Source of the DNA: a virus
Lineage: Duplodnaviria; Heunggongvirae; Uroviricota; Caudoviricetes
Strand: one strand, 5' to 3'
Length of the DNA stretch: 46,337 bases
Virus record (IMG/VR): IMGVR_UViG_2740892428_000001
Span: 1 to 46,337 of that record
Shown here: positions 24,712 to 34,770 of the stretch, one piece after another
How the letters are laid out: every line of letters starts with the position of its first letter
Numbering within the stretch: the stretch's first letter is position 1
Notes under the pieces: model-generated
Databases searched by the model: none
What the model was told of the DNA's origin: nothing
Seen by the model: the letters and a program-made list of their open reading frames with translations, nothing else
Made by a program: the position numbers and the translations under genes

Positions 24712-24918
24712 TCAGTCAACCACCAGGGAATAATCCTTCGAATTCTTATCGTGCTTCACCAACGCTGCCTCAATTGCCCTGAATGCTTCCAGAGACACTT
24801 GATGTTCTATACATGCAATTACAACATCCGGATAACTCATAGAAATGGTGCTAGTGAGCATAGTTTTTACACGGACCTGATCCAGGGATGAGTCATCAGT
24901 GTATTGATCTTTATGCAT
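24712..24918 (-). CDS. hypothetical protein (possibly a truncated prophage gene remnant)
   Basis: 68-aa ORF; no motif recognised; 300 bp of apparently non-coding DNA upstream. Confidence 0.3.
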   Translation of the reverse strand: MHKDQYTDDSSLDQVRVKTMLTSTISMSYPDVVIACIEHQVSLEAFRAIEAALVKHDKNSKDYSLVVD

Positions 24919-25213
24919 TTTGTCGCTCCATGCGTTTGCTCTTCACTTGCGGCTAAAAATATAACGTCAAATCACTCAGCATGAAAGTGTGAAAGTTTCA
25001 GCGCGTTTCCCTTACATAATCTGTCGTTTGTATTCTCTCCAGGCATACCGAAAAGACTAGGTATTGTCACACAACCAATACCACCGACTATCGAGATTTA
25101 TATCTATTCGGTAATGTTTAAATATAACAAAACCCCGTAAAAACGAGGTTTATGGGTAAATTGTATTGTTGAATAGCATCTGACAAGAAATTGATGCTAA
25201 TACTATAAACAGA

Positions 25214-25387
25214 CTAGATTAAATCAATCTTGATATCATAGCTTTCAAGACCAGTCATTTTTTCCCGTGCAGTAAACTGGATACTGGTAACTTCTTTCCC
25301 GGTCTTTTTCTTAAGCTCAATGATTTTTTTTGTTATATATTCAGAAATATCTGCTTCTGTTTTTGTTTTTAACTCTTCAATGTTCAT
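25214..25387 (-). CDS. gnsB: GnsA/GnsB-family small protein
   Basis: Start set at MNIEELKTKTEADISEYI...FTAREKMTGLESYDIKIDLI (57 aa), matching the GnsA/GnsB pattern as recalled; the six-frame ORF extends 31 codons upstream (to 25480). Confidence 0.55.
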   Translation of the reverse strand: MNIEELKTKTEADISEYITKKIIELKKKTGKEVTSIQFTAREKMTGLESYDIKIDLI

Positions 25388-25559
25388 CATTTCCTCTTTT
25401 AGTCTGTTATGACTTTCCTGGTACACAGTAGTGTCAATTATATGGAGCAAACGTATAAAAGATAAGATGAAACATCGCAATAATCAACATACGACGGTCT
25501 AAATTTCACACAAACAGATAAAGATGATTATCATTTATTATCAATGCATTAGAATCAAA

Positions 25560-25790
25560 TCAATTCAAGAGTCTCATTGCTGCTTCCAGAATTTCTTCTG
25601 AAGTTACATGTCGATCCGCTGCTACATAAATGACTTTATGATCTCCGGTCAGAGATGGAAACCCTGCAGCCATTACAGTGAGGTGTGTTGTTTCGCCATT
25701 TGGATATTCACGCATGATGGTGTTAACTCCGGTCATCACTGGCACTACCATTGCTGGTTCAGAGTTAAAAAAAACTATTATTTTTTTCAT
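25560..25790 (-). CDS. hypothetical protein
   Basis: Start set at MKKIIVFF (76 aa); the upstream part of the six-frame ORF overlaps the cspI terminator hairpin, so the internal ATG is preferred. Confidence 0.35.
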   Translation of the reverse strand: MKKIIVFFNSEPAMVVPVMTGVNTIMREYPNGETTHLTVMAAGFPSLTGDHKVIYVAADRHVTSEEILEAAMRLLN

Positions 25791-25832
25791 AATGTTACCG
25801 TAATATGTGAGTATCCATCGACTAGACACTAA

Positions 25833-25858
25833 GCAAAAAAGCTCCCGAAGGAGCCTTC
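25833..25858 (-). terminator. intrinsic terminator downstream of cspI
   Basis: Minus-strand GGCTCC-TTCG-GGAGC stem-loop followed by TTTTTT. Confidence 0.55.
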
Positions 25859-26061
25859 ATTTTCACTTTCTTAAATCTAACGACAGACGGCTAACATTTA
25901 AGTATTGTGAAATATTATCAAATGTAATCATCATTGATTTACAAAAGATACATTTTGCCCCGAAAGGATTCCTGTCAGAAACATCAAAAGATGATGTTCT
26001 ATACTGAGAACCATGGCAACACGGGCATCTAAAGTGAATATGGTTTGTAATATTTTCTACC

Positions 26062-26274
26062 TCAAAGTGCCACAACATGAACAGCCGCGGGGCCTTTAGG
26101 TCCGTTCTCAATACCAAATTCGACTTCCTGATTCTCAGTTAACGTTTTGAAATCGTTGCTCTGAATAGCTGAGAAATGGACAAACACATCTTTGCTACCA
26201 TCTTTCGGCGTGATGAAACCAAAACCTTTTTCAGGGTTAAACCATTTCACTAAACCAGTCATTTTGTTAGACAT
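26062..26274 (-). CDS. cspI: cold-shock protein family (CspI-like)
   Basis: 70 aa from [38 protein letters not shown] (RNP1/RNP2 motifs); long AT-rich 5' region upstream as in csp genes. Confidence 0.8.
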   Translation of the reverse strand: MSNKMTGLVKWFNPEKGFGFITPKDGSKDVFVHFSAIQSNDFKTLTENQEVEFGIENGPKGPAAVHVVAL

Positions 26275-26637
26275 CATTATTACCTTTTGAAGAAGTTAGC
26301 CCTTGGGCAGAATGGTCCGAAAAAAAATATCAGAGAGAAAAACCAACAAGGAAATCTCAAGAGGTACAAATAATAAAATTATAACAATGACTGCTTCAGA
26401 TAATTTTGTAACAAACCAGAACACCATTAACGCATGATTAACCAACCATAGCAAGGATTACTTTTGTAAAGAAAAACACACGAATGAAACAATAGCTTTA
26501 TTTATTAATAAAACGTGTCATTCTGTCTAATGACCTTTTATCTTACCCTTAAGATTTCAAGGATTTTGACTCATGGAAGAGTCCTTTTTATTTAAATTTC
26601 ACATTCAGCGCTAAAAATAATCCGATTTAATATTAAT

Positions 26638-27130
<493 letters not shown>

Positions 27131-27134
<4 letters not shown>

Positions 27135-27664
27135 TGTTCTATCCCCCAGCAGGTTAATGCACTCTCCTGGTCACGACGAATAACCTGACCGTAACAATTA
27201 TTTGAACGAATGCGGCAATCACGTCCACCGTCCTTTATCCACCAGCGAATCGCCTCGCATGCGCCTTTACGATCACCGGCATTAAGCCGCTTATAAAACG
27301 TCGACGGAAAACACTTACCAGGGCCAATGTTATAGGGACAGAATGACGCGATACCGGCTTTCTGTGGCTCGGTCAGTGGAACTTTTATATTGCGCTCCAC
27401 CCATGCCAGCGCCTTATCCCGCTCAATGGCGTTAACCTGGGCGCATTTTTCCTTCGACAGTTTCATTCCCGGAATAACAGGTTTACCGTCCACCATCGTT
27501 GCTCCCCGACAGATGGTCCATATGCCGGAGCCATCGCGGTATGCAGTGGTGTGATTCCCCTCTTTTTCATCCAGAAACTGATCGAGAATGTCAGGGGCAG
27601 GAGCACTGGCGGCAATCAGTGCCAGAACAGCGGCCGACAGGCTGTATCTGATTTTTACGTTCAT
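27131..27664 (-). CDS. R: endolysin, T4-lysozyme-like (GH24), probable SAR type
   Basis: 177 aa; catalytic E-x8-D-x5-T pattern (EGNHTTAYRDGSGIWT); weakly hydrophobic Ala-rich N-terminus (SLSAAVLALIAASAPA) typical of signal-anchor-release endolysins paired with pinholins. Confidence 0.85.
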
Positions 27665-27777
27665 GGATATTTATCAGGATTTATCGGCTTCAAATCCCCG
27701 GATATGTTAAATCTTACCTCACCAGTGATGGGCACTGGCGGGAGGAGGATGTCAATCTGATAAACACCGAGGCGACT

Positions 27778-28038
27778 ATGGATTACACAAATCTACCAAA
27801 ACAAACTTTTGCTGATTTAATCGCACTCAGGCAAGCAGTCGTAGCTCTAATCAACTTGTTGCCGGAGAAGGAAAAGGAATTAGTTAAAGCGCTTCTTAAC
27901 AGAACTGCCGCCGATTTTTCATCATATCCACTGACAGATGACCTTGCGGACCTTCCTGAATTAATTGCAGCGTCCGCCATTAAGCTTACTGAAGAGATTT
28001 ACCCTCCTCAAAAATCTTCACAAAATTCCTGCGAGTAA
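27778..28038 (+). CDS. hypothetical protein, antisense-oriented inside the lysis cassette
   Basis: 86-aa ORF with a GAGG RBS 5 nt upstream of the ATG; 3' end overlaps the convergent 27986-28537 gene. Confidence 0.35.
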   Translation: MDYTNLPKQTFADLIALRQAVVALINLLPEKEKELVKALLNRTAADFSSYPLTDDLADLPELIAASAIKLTEEIYPPQKSSQNSCE

Positions 28039-28537
28039 CTTCAATGCAATAATCGTAAAACGCCGCAAACTGCTCATCGCGGCGTTTTTTTTCATCTTCA
28101 GAAGGAATCAGCACCAACAATTTTTTATTCAGATCAGCGACGCTGCTCTCCAGTTTTTCAATGGGCGATTCAATATCATCTTTTTCTGACCGCAATGCCG
28201 TCGGTGGCGTCTTCAGAGAACCTGTAATTCTTCCCGGTAGCTTTCCTTTGTAGGTTATCCACACATTCTGCGCCTCTAAAATTACCGGGCGCTTTTCCGG
28301 CGACAGCTCATCTCCTTCACATAACCCGGCAGCAACATCCAGGAAGAACTGTCTGATGCTCCTTCTCGCTGCTGCCTCATAAAACTCCAGCGCGGCACCT
28401 TCAACACGGTCCAGCGAGATGTCCAGGTCAAAAATTTCACCGTCAAAGCGTTTTTTGTCCCGTAAGGCTACAGTTACCGCCACTTTATTCTCAAAATTGC
28501 GGACTCCTTTCACAACCAGTTCATAGTCTTGTGTCAT
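27986..28537 (-). CDS. hypothetical protein inserted between holin and endolysin
   Basis: Start set at MTQDYELVVKGVRNFENK (183 aa), 4 nt after the S stop; the six-frame ORF extends to 28558; no catalytic motif recognised. Confidence 0.5.
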   Translation of the reverse strand: MTQDYELVVKGVRNFENKVAVTVALRDKKRFDGEIFDLDISLDRVEGAALEFYEAAARRSIRQFFLDVAAGLCEGDELSPEKRPVILEAQNVWITYKGKLPGRITGSLKTPPTALRSEKDDIESPIEKLESSVADLNKKLLVLIPSEDEKKRRDEQFAAFYDYCIEVTRRNFVKIFEEGKSLQ

Positions 28538-28541
28538 TGGA

Positions 28542-28757
28542 TTACTCTCTTCTCGCAACCTTACGCCTGTCTTCTTTAATCTTGAAATAAAGGTTTGTCA
28601 GATACGTCAGCAGGCCAAAAACCAGACTACCCAGCACACCGATTGCAGCCCACTGTGACGGAGTTACTTTATCGAGTAACTGCAATGCCCAGAAACCAGC
28701 ATTACCAGCCGATGTGCCATAGGCGATACCTGTTGTTAACTTATCCATTGATTTCAT
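28542..28757 (-). CDS. S: class II holin (phage 21 S-like pinholin) with dual-start motif
   Basis: 71 aa; [66 protein letters not shown]: two TM segments and Met1-Lys-x-Met4 dual start; resembles S21 as recalled. Confidence 0.8.
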   Translation of the reverse strand: MKSMDKLTTGIAYGTSAGNAGFWALQLLDKVTPSQWAAIGVLGSLVFGLLTYLTNLYFKIKEDRRKVARRE

Positions 28758-28975
28758 ATCCTCACCCCGATGTACACAGATGGTGCAATATGTTTGAAAA
28801 GATCGGAGTCTATGGGTTAGTTTTTATAGCAAACGTTGTTCTCAACGGCGCTAAAAAACAGACACATTAAAAATGTGGGTAATTATTTTAAAAGAAAATC
28901 ATATATTAAATAATAATACGAGATATGTTTTCATATTTAGTGTACTGTATACGGCTATTTATACAGGAAAAGCCT

Positions 28976-29146
28976 ATGTCAGAACGTAAAGACTCAAAAT
29001 CACGCCGTAATTATCTCGTTAAATGTTCCTGCCCAAACTGCACCCAAGAGTCAGAACACAGTTTTTCAAGAGTACAAAAAGGTGCCCTTTTGATCTGCCC
29101 TCATTGCAACAAAGTATTCCAGACAAATCTTAAAGCTGTAGCTTGA
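28976..29146 (+). CDS. small zinc-ribbon protein (CxxC...CxxC)
   Basis: Start set at MSERKDSK (56 aa) with an AGGAAAAG RBS; motifs CPNC and CPHC; followed by a bidirectional terminator. Confidence 0.35.
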   Translation: MSERKDSKSRRNYLVKCSCPNCTQESEHSFSRVQKGALLICPHCNKVFQTNLKAVA

Positions 29147-29205
29147 TTGATTTTATTCGTAACAAGTATTTTTTATATTTTAATAACATATTTAAAGCAG
29201 ATAAT

Positions 29206-29234
29206 AAAAAACCCGCCTGAGCGGGTTTAATATT
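29206..29234. terminator. bidirectional intrinsic terminator
   Basis: aaaaaa-CCCGC-ctga-GCGGG-tttaatatt: GC stem flanked by an A-run and a T-run. Confidence 0.6.
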
Positions 29235-29509
29235 GTGGTGCTTTTTGTGGGAGTCATCCACTTACGCACTTTGTTTTGCTATGCCAGCAGTTAGCTTCTG
29301 CTGTAAAACTATTCATGCAGCAAACCTGCACTTCACCACAATGGTTAGCATACTTTTCCTGATTAAGTTATTGCCAAATATGCTGGCCATTGTTTCATGT
29401 ATTGGACCTCCTTACTATTTATTAAAGAGATCCAATATTCACCACTCTGTCTGTATCTCCACTCAGGCATCAGCCTTCTTCGTTATCGTATACAGACAAA
29501 CTATGAATT

Positions 29510-29725
29510 TTAATCAGTAATTATGACATTTGCTGCTGCAGGACCTTTAGCACCACTCTCTACAGAGAAGGTAACCTTTTGACCTTCAAATAAGGTTCGA
29601 AAATTATCATTCTGAATCGCAGAAAAATGCACAAACACATCTTTACTACCATCAACAGGAGAAATAAAGCCAAAACCTTTATCAGCGTTAAACCATTTTA
29701 CTAAACCAGTCATTTTATTTGACAT
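29510..29725 (-). CDS. cspB: cold-shock protein family (CspB-like)
   Basis: 71 aa [53 protein letters not shown]... Confidence 0.8.
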   Translation of the reverse strand: MSNKMTGLVKWFNADKGFGFISPVDGSKDVFVHFSAIQNDNFRTLFEGQKVTFSVESGAKGPAAANVIITD

Positions 29726-30025
29726 TCTACATTCCTTAACTTGAGCCTTTCGGCATAAATGGCTTGTATAACAGAAACGACTTCGTACTTAATTGGAGAG
29801 ACTCAAAGAAGGAATAAGTGAATAACACCTGAAATGAGAACTGCTTTAGTAAACTACTTCGTATATCGTCTGTTCTTCAAACCGACGCAATCATTAACGC
29901 ATAGTTGAACATATGAAGCAATGTTTATTTTAGACATCCAGCCATCTTCAACCCCATCAAAAAACTATAGCTTTCTTCAGGAAGGTGTGTATAGTGCGCC
30001 CAGTTATCAGTATTAAGGAATTTTT

Positions 30026-30238
30026 TTGTCCCGTAAAATGACAGGAATTGTCAAAACCTTTGACGGCAAAAGCGGCAAGGGTCTTATCACCCCATCCGAT
30101 GGTCGTATCGATGTCCAGCTTCATGTTTCAGCGCTCAATCTCCGCGATGCAGAAGAAATTGCCACCGGATTACGCGTGGAATTTTGCCGGATAAATGGTC
30201 TGCGTGGCCCTTCAGCTGCCAATGTTTACCTTTCATGA
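30026..30238 (+). CDS. cspF: cold-shock protein family, divergent paralogue (CspF/CspH-like)
   Basis: 70 aa [26 protein letters not shown]...; apparent TTG start with an AAGGAA RBS. Confidence 0.7.
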   Translation: MSRKMTGIVKTFDGKSGKGLITPSDGRIDVQLHVSALNLRDAEEIATGLRVEFCRINGLRGPSAANVYLS

Positions 30239-30530
30239 GCTATATTAAAGCTTTAATTTCAGGCCCCATCGAATCAAACATGGAGAGTTTTCATGGATAA
30301 CCCCGTCTGTCTTGATGACTGGTTGATTGGCTTTAAAAGCTTATGCTGTACTTTGACCGTAATAGCTCTGCTAATAATGTAATAAGCAGACTCATTGTAT
30401 CTAGGGACATTGTACTGGAAGAAAACATTTTAAACATCAGGCAGAAAACAAAGTCACCCGATAAATAATAAGTAAACAAACATGAATCCCGAAATGAGAT
30501 TCAACATCTCTATTACCCTATTTAAAGCAC

Positions 30531-30560
30531 AAAAACCCGCTCATCAGCGGGTTTTCTACT
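30531..30560 (-). terminator. intrinsic terminator just downstream of a pR'-like promoter (tR'-like)
   Basis: Minus-strand CCCGC-tgatga-GCGGG followed by TTTTT; also has an A-run on the other side. Confidence 0.55.
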
Positions 30561-30600
30561 TTTTCTTAACGTCGGGTATACAAAGCCCATTGTTGAAAAC

Positions 30601-30628
30601 ACTTTATCCATATTTTTTGAAAAATGCA
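30601..30628 (-). promoter_or_regulatory. candidate late promoter pR' (sigma70-like) immediately downstream of Q
   Basis: Minus strand TTGCAT -N17- TAAAGT about 35-60 nt downstream of the Q stop and about 50 nt upstream of the terminator. Confidence 0.35.
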
Positions 30629-30660
30629 AGCATTACGTCGCCATCTTCGGCGAAAATCAT

Positions 30661-31455
30661 TTATCTCGTCACTTTTCTTAATTGCACCTCAGCATATGCT
30701 TCTTCCTGCCAGCACTTTGTAACCAGTTTATCAATGACATCTGCATATCCTGTGTACCACTGATAATCAGTCAGGGCTGGTACCAGCTTCTGGACATGAC
30801 ACCGCGCCAGTGTCGTTGGTAAACGACTAAACCGGTTTCCATTGCAACGCCCACAAATCTTATAAACAGGCGCGCCATGAAGCCGGGTCCTTTTTTCATC
30901 CAGGACAATACCTTTACCCTTACACCCTCTGCACGCTGTGCTGACTTCTCCCTTACCATGGCAATGCTGACATAGTTCCTTCACCCACTCTTCCTTGATA
31001 ACAGATTCCCCGCTTCTGGAGTGTTTCACCACTTCGCGCAATACATTATGAAATCCAGTACCTGCACAATGCTCACAGCGAGCCTTACTTGCCGCAGACC
31101 TGGAATAATCAGCAAAGGCAAAATTCACAAGGTAAGGGATGATCTGTAACCGGATTTCTTCACTCAATTTATTCAATGTCGGGTTATCCAGTGCCATCGC
31201 GTAATTGAGCAGACCTTCAATCGCAAACTGAGGATCCTGAACACCAACTTTTGCCAGGAATAAGGCAAAACCCAGTGGTGCTTTCGACTGCACCATCCCC
31301 TGCGCAGCCATCACATCCGTAATCGTTAAACCACCCGAGCCTGTCGCCGGTGCGTCATCACTCAATTTTGGAGATTTTGGGGAGTAATATTTTGGTAAGG
31401 CTTCAAGGTTCATGCTCGTTCTCCACTTACGCCAGTACGCCTGTTGCCAGCGCAC
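30661..31455 (-). CDS. Q: late-gene antiterminator Q (zinc-binding, phage 21/82-like family)
   Basis: 264-aa ORF with multiple CxxC/HxxH motifs (CEHCAGTG, CQHCHGKG, CRGCKGKG, CGRCNGN); position upstream of the lysis cassette; true start may be the downstream Met (MNLEALPKYY, 31413). Confidence 0.8.
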   Translation of the reverse strand: MRWQQAYWRKWRTSMNLEALPKYYSPKSPKLSDDAPATGSGGLTITDVMAAQGMVQSKAPLGFALFLAKVGVQDPQFAIEGLLNYAMALDNPTLNKLSEEIRLQIIPYLVNFAFADYSRSAASKARCEHCAGTGFHNVLREVVKHSRSGESVIKEEWVKELCQHCHGKGEVSTACRGCKGKGIVLDEKRTRLHGAPVYKICGRCNGNRFSRLPTTLARCHVQKLVPALTDYQWYTGYADVIDKLVTKCWQEEAYAEVQLRKVTR

Positions 31456-32422
31456 GATCGATAAAACGAAATATCAGCTCCAGCTGGGAGCCATACTTCT
31501 CTTCAAATGCCACGGTATCCGCATGCAGCTCGTCGTGATGCTTTCTGCACAAAGGCAACACAAAGAGGTCATGCGCTTTTGTTCCCATTCCACCCTGACC
31601 GTGACCTATCAGGTGGTGGGGATCATCAGCAGGCTTTCCACAACATGCACACGGCTGTGTCTTAACCCAGCGCGTGTACTTTTCATTAACCCAGCGGCGA
31701 CGTTTTGGGCGTAACATAAAAGACTCCGGCGACTCCGGATCCACTTTCAGCGCCAGCACCTTTTTTGCCTTATCCTGGATGATGCTGGTGGCAGGAACCG
31801 AAGGCACAAGGTCACTTTCCCGGGTGACAGACGGCACAACAGGCTTTGGTAATCTCAGTGCCTTACGGGCTGCACTTTCCGGTAAGGCATCCGCCAGGTC
31901 ATTACGAATCAGCCACCAGCACAGTTCCGGCATTGTCACAACGTGACTATCATCAAAACCGAGATCCCGACGCACAACAGACAACACCCAGCGGGCACAG
32001 TTATCCGTTGCCATTGATTCCAGCCGTTCCGTGAACTGATCGCGCAGCTGGTTATCGCAGTGCCAGCACAGACGGATTGCGCCCGTAGCGTGTCGCATTG
32101 TTGTCATATTCTCGCTGTGCCAGTCGGAATGAGGCCACTGGCAGCCTTTTTCACGAAGTAACCAGCTTTCAAGACATTCCACGCCACCAGCACGACGGAT
32201 CACTGCCTCATTGCGGAACACGGCCCGAACGGCAGGATCATCCGCCAGCGGTTGTGATGCCGCCGGAACGGCACCACTGGCGAAAGATGAATAACGTTCC
32301 GGCTCAGGCTCCAGCAGGACACGCCCCTGCATAAACAAGGGCATCAGCTCTGAACCTGGTCTGAACAATACGATCCCCATACGCGGGGCAATTTCAGGGG
32401 TCAGTAGTGCTCTCACGGTCAC
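31427..32422 (-). CDS. DUF968-family prophage protein with C-terminal HNH-like Cys/His motif
   Basis: 331 aa; C-terminal CACCGKPADDPHHLIGHGQGG...LPLCRKHHDELH; resembles YdfU-type proteins found next to Q in E. coli prophages (recalled). Confidence 0.65.
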   Translation of the reverse strand: MTVRALLTPEIAPRMGIVLFRPGSELMPLFMQGRVLLEPEPERYSSFASGAVPAASQPLADDPAVRAVFRNEAVIRRAGGVECLESWLLREKGCQWPHSDWHSENMTTMRHATGAIRLCWHCDNQLRDQFTERLESMATDNCARWVLSVVRRDLGFDDSHVVTMPELCWWLIRNDLADALPESAARKALRLPKPVVPSVTRESDLVPSVPATSIIQDKAKKVLALKVDPESPESFMLRPKRRRWVNEKYTRWVKTQPCACCGKPADDPHHLIGHGQGGMGTKAHDLFVLPLCRKHHDELHADTVAFEEKYGSQLELIFRFIDRALATGVLA

Positions 32423-32423
32423 C

Positions 32424-33239
32424 TCAATGAACGGTATCGAGCAGCTTTAACAGCTCAGGGAATCGGGATTCGAAGAAATGCGGCTGCGTCTCGCGCGGAT
32501 TTGCAGGACTGGTGATGTTCTTGCCGAACATGCAGCCTTTCGCGGTCAGCGACCAGAATTTTTTGATGTTGTTAATCGCGGTACGACTGTATCGTTCGCG
32601 TTGTTCAACGATCCCCAGCTTCGCCATCTGGTGATATGCCTGATTAGCCGTCAGGCGGATACCATACTGCTTCAGCAGTGCACTCAGCGACAGCGTAGGG
32701 CGGCTTGAACCATCTGGCGCATCAGCAGGTGCATCAATGGCATAGATCGGCATAAGTTCAGGAAGACCAGCTACCTTTGATAATTTCTGGTATGCACCAA
32801 GTTTCGAGGAGTTTGACAGATTTAGAGTCTTTGCTGCTGATTCAAGCAGAATGACCCCGGATTTAATTTTGTCGGATGTGGTTTCTTCTGGTGATGAATT
32901 ATGAAGCGCATCAAAAGTACGTATCACTTTTAAGCTGAATGCCGGGCTGATCCACATTGCATATGCATAGACCAGCTCTTTACAGACATACGTCCCACCA
33001 TTGCGCCCCTGAATGGTGATGACAGGAATACTACGGGAATCTCCCGTAGTTTCTTCTTCCAATAATTCCACAAGAGCCTTCGTTTCAGGACGACGCATAA
33101 ACTCGTGAACTTCCAGCGAACGGGAGGAGCGATTCTCACCAGCGGCAAGAAGAGCAGCTTTCTGAAGGTCGTTAAGACAGTAGTTAGATTCGAAGTACTG
33201 GCGCACAGAAACGCCATCAATTACAAGCAACTGATTCAT
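32424..33239 (-). CDS. KilA-N domain protein
   Basis: N-terminal NQLLVIDGVSVRQY...GRNGGTYVCKELVYAYAMWISPAFSLKVI is KilA-N-like; ATG at 33239 has a GGAG RBS; the six-frame ORF starts 4 codons earlier on GTG. Confidence 0.65.
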   Translation of the reverse strand: MNQLLVIDGVSVRQYFESNYCLNDLQKAALLAAGENRSSRSLEVHEFMRRPETKALVELLEEETTGDSRSIPVITIQGRNGGTYVCKELVYAYAMWISPAFSLKVIRTFDALHNSSPEETTSDKIKSGVILLESAAKTLNLSNSSKLGAYQKLSKVAGLPELMPIYAIDAPADAPDGSSRPTLSLSALLKQYGIRLTANQAYHQMAKLGIVEQRERYSRTAINNIKKFWSLTAKGCMFGKNITSPANPRETQPHFFESRFPELLKLLDTVH

Positions 33240-33401
33240 TGGTTTCTCCACAAATTTTTATCCACGAGCGGGACTGCACTCCCTTTTCGTTGATGCAGGA
33301 TGAACTTACTGCGATTTTTAATAGTTATCAAGGATACACTGTTCATAAATACAGTATCTTTAACGAGGTAATACCCAAATTTAGGGTGTTGCTCAATTCC
33401 G

Positions 33402-33797
33402 TTACCGAGTTGCTAATTTGCAACTCGCTTTTTCGTACTTACTGATAGTGATCTCGACCTTCCCCTCCGGGATAACCGGTCCCCACTCCACCAGCATTCT
33501 TTTCACCTGACTGTCGTCTTCCCACACCCCCGCGTGGGTCAGGGCGTCAAACAGCGCCTTGTTATAGTTGTCCAGATCGCGGATCCGGTTATCCGGAGGA
33601 AACAACACGATCTCCACTGAAGCAGGTGCCGACGTTGGTTTCGGCAGACGACGTAACTGCTCAACTATTGCTGCACACGCCGCGCTCTGGAATTTTCGCC
33701 CCGCCGCGCTTATCAGGCTCTTACCAGCAAACGCCCCTTTGTTGGGGTGTCGCCAGTACGTGTTCACGCTGGGCGGAAAAGGCAGGATCAGCTTCAT
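33402..33797 (-). CDS. rusA: Holliday junction resolvase RusA
   Basis: 131 aa; RIRDLDNYNKALFDALTHAGVWEDDSQV matches the RusA catalytic Asp-rich region. Confidence 0.85.
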   Translation of the reverse strand: MKLILPFPPSVNTYWRHPNKGAFAGKSLISAAGRKFQSAACAAIVEQLRRLPKPTSAPASVEIVLFPPDNRIRDLDNYNKALFDALTHAGVWEDDSQVKRMLVEWGPVIPEGKVEITISKYEKASCKLATR

Positions 33798-34120
33798 ACT
33801 TTCAGGCCTCTCTCATGTAACCAATGGGCTGCACGCAGCCTGGCGTTTTCCTCACCGGCAAGCAGTGAGCGGATAATCCCGACCGCCTCGCTGTCGTCGT
33901 CCTTCACCACGGTATGAAGCGTGATCCCCCGGGCCACACCACGCTTTATCGTGATGACGCCTTTTTTCTCCAGTGCGCGAAGATGCTCCACCGCTGCATT
34001 CACTGAACGGTATCCCAGCATGGTTGCCACCTCCTGATTGGTTGGCGGGAAGCCACGTTCTTTCTGATAAGAAATCAGCATATCCAGCACCTGCTGCTGG
34101 CATTGAGTTAACGTCGTCAT
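33794..34120 (-). CDS. LexA-type winged-helix DNA-binding domain protein without peptidase domain
   Basis: 108 aa; LTQCQQQVLDMLISYQKERGFPPTNQEVATMLGYRSVNAAVEHLRALEKKGVI closely parallels the LexA N-terminal domain; no S24 Ser/Lys peptidase part. Confidence 0.6.
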   Translation of the reverse strand: MTTLTQCQQQVLDMLISYQKERGFPPTNQEVATMLGYRSVNAAVEHLRALEKKGVITIKRGVARGITLHTVVKDDDSEAVGIIRSLLAGEENARLRAAHWLHERGLKV

Positions 34121-34770
34121 GCCGCCATCTCCCTGACCAGTTTTTCCGCCTGCTGGCGAACCTGCGCCAGAAACGCCTCACCACATGCCTCAAGTTCATC
34201 GCGCCCGATGTAGCTGATTGCCGGTCCCTTCCAGGTCTTGTCGAAAACAGCAATAGCACCAGCGAAGAAAGCGCCTGTCGGCACCTGCTTCTCATCTTTC
34301 GGGATAAACCAGGCAGGCAGTTCAAAACCAATACGCCCGCGAATAAAAGCAATATGATCTGCATCTTCCGGCCACCACACTTCGCTGGTGGCAGCTTTGA
34401 TCAGGAAAACATAGCGCCCGCCTTTATCACGCATGGCACTGGCATGTTTCATGATGTAACGCATGCCGGTGATGTATTGCCCCTCATGCTGACTGGCGCG
34501 GCTGTATGGGGGATTACCAAAGGCAGCACCTTTAAGCTCCGCAAGACGTTCTGACCAGTCATGCGCCAGCGCGTTGTCTTCCGCAGTGTAATAAGCGGCA
34601 CATTTGGCGTTATCACCATCAGTGAACAGATCCAGAACAAACGGGCCAAACAGGGTGTTAATTCCCCAGAAAATGTTATCCGGCGTGCGCCACTGATCGC
34701 CCACTTCCTTCAGTTCATGGGCTGGTTTGTTCCGCAGTTCCACCAGCGCCTGGCAATATTTATTACTCAT
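34117..34770 (-). CDS. phage DNA N6-adenine methyltransferase (Dam-like)
   Basis: NPPY motif (FGNPPYSR); ATG at 34770 with a GGGGG RBS overlapping the upstream stop (TAATG); the six-frame ORF extends to 34803. Confidence 0.8.
   Translation of the reverse strand: MSNKYCQALVELRNKPAHELKEVGDQWRTPDNIFWGINTLFGPFVLDLFTDGDNAKCAAYYTAEDNALAHDWSERLAELKGAAFGNPPYSRASQHEGQYITGMRYIMKHASAMRDKGGRYVFLIKAATSEVWWPEDADHIAFIRGRIGFELPAWFIPKDEKQVPTGAFFAGAIAVFDKTWKGPAISYIGRDELEACGEAFLAQVRQQAEKLVREMAA

Noticed and set aside
26566-26592. Hairpin GACTC-atggaa-GAGTC followed by a T-run on the + strand
   Set aside because: Terminator-like only on the + strand, where no upstream gene is evident; it lies in the cspI upstream region, so its function is unclear.
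33852-34364. 170-aa ORF on the minus strand
   Set aside because: Out-of-frame overlap with the LexA-like and methyltransferase genes, which have recognisable motifs; Arg/Ser-rich.
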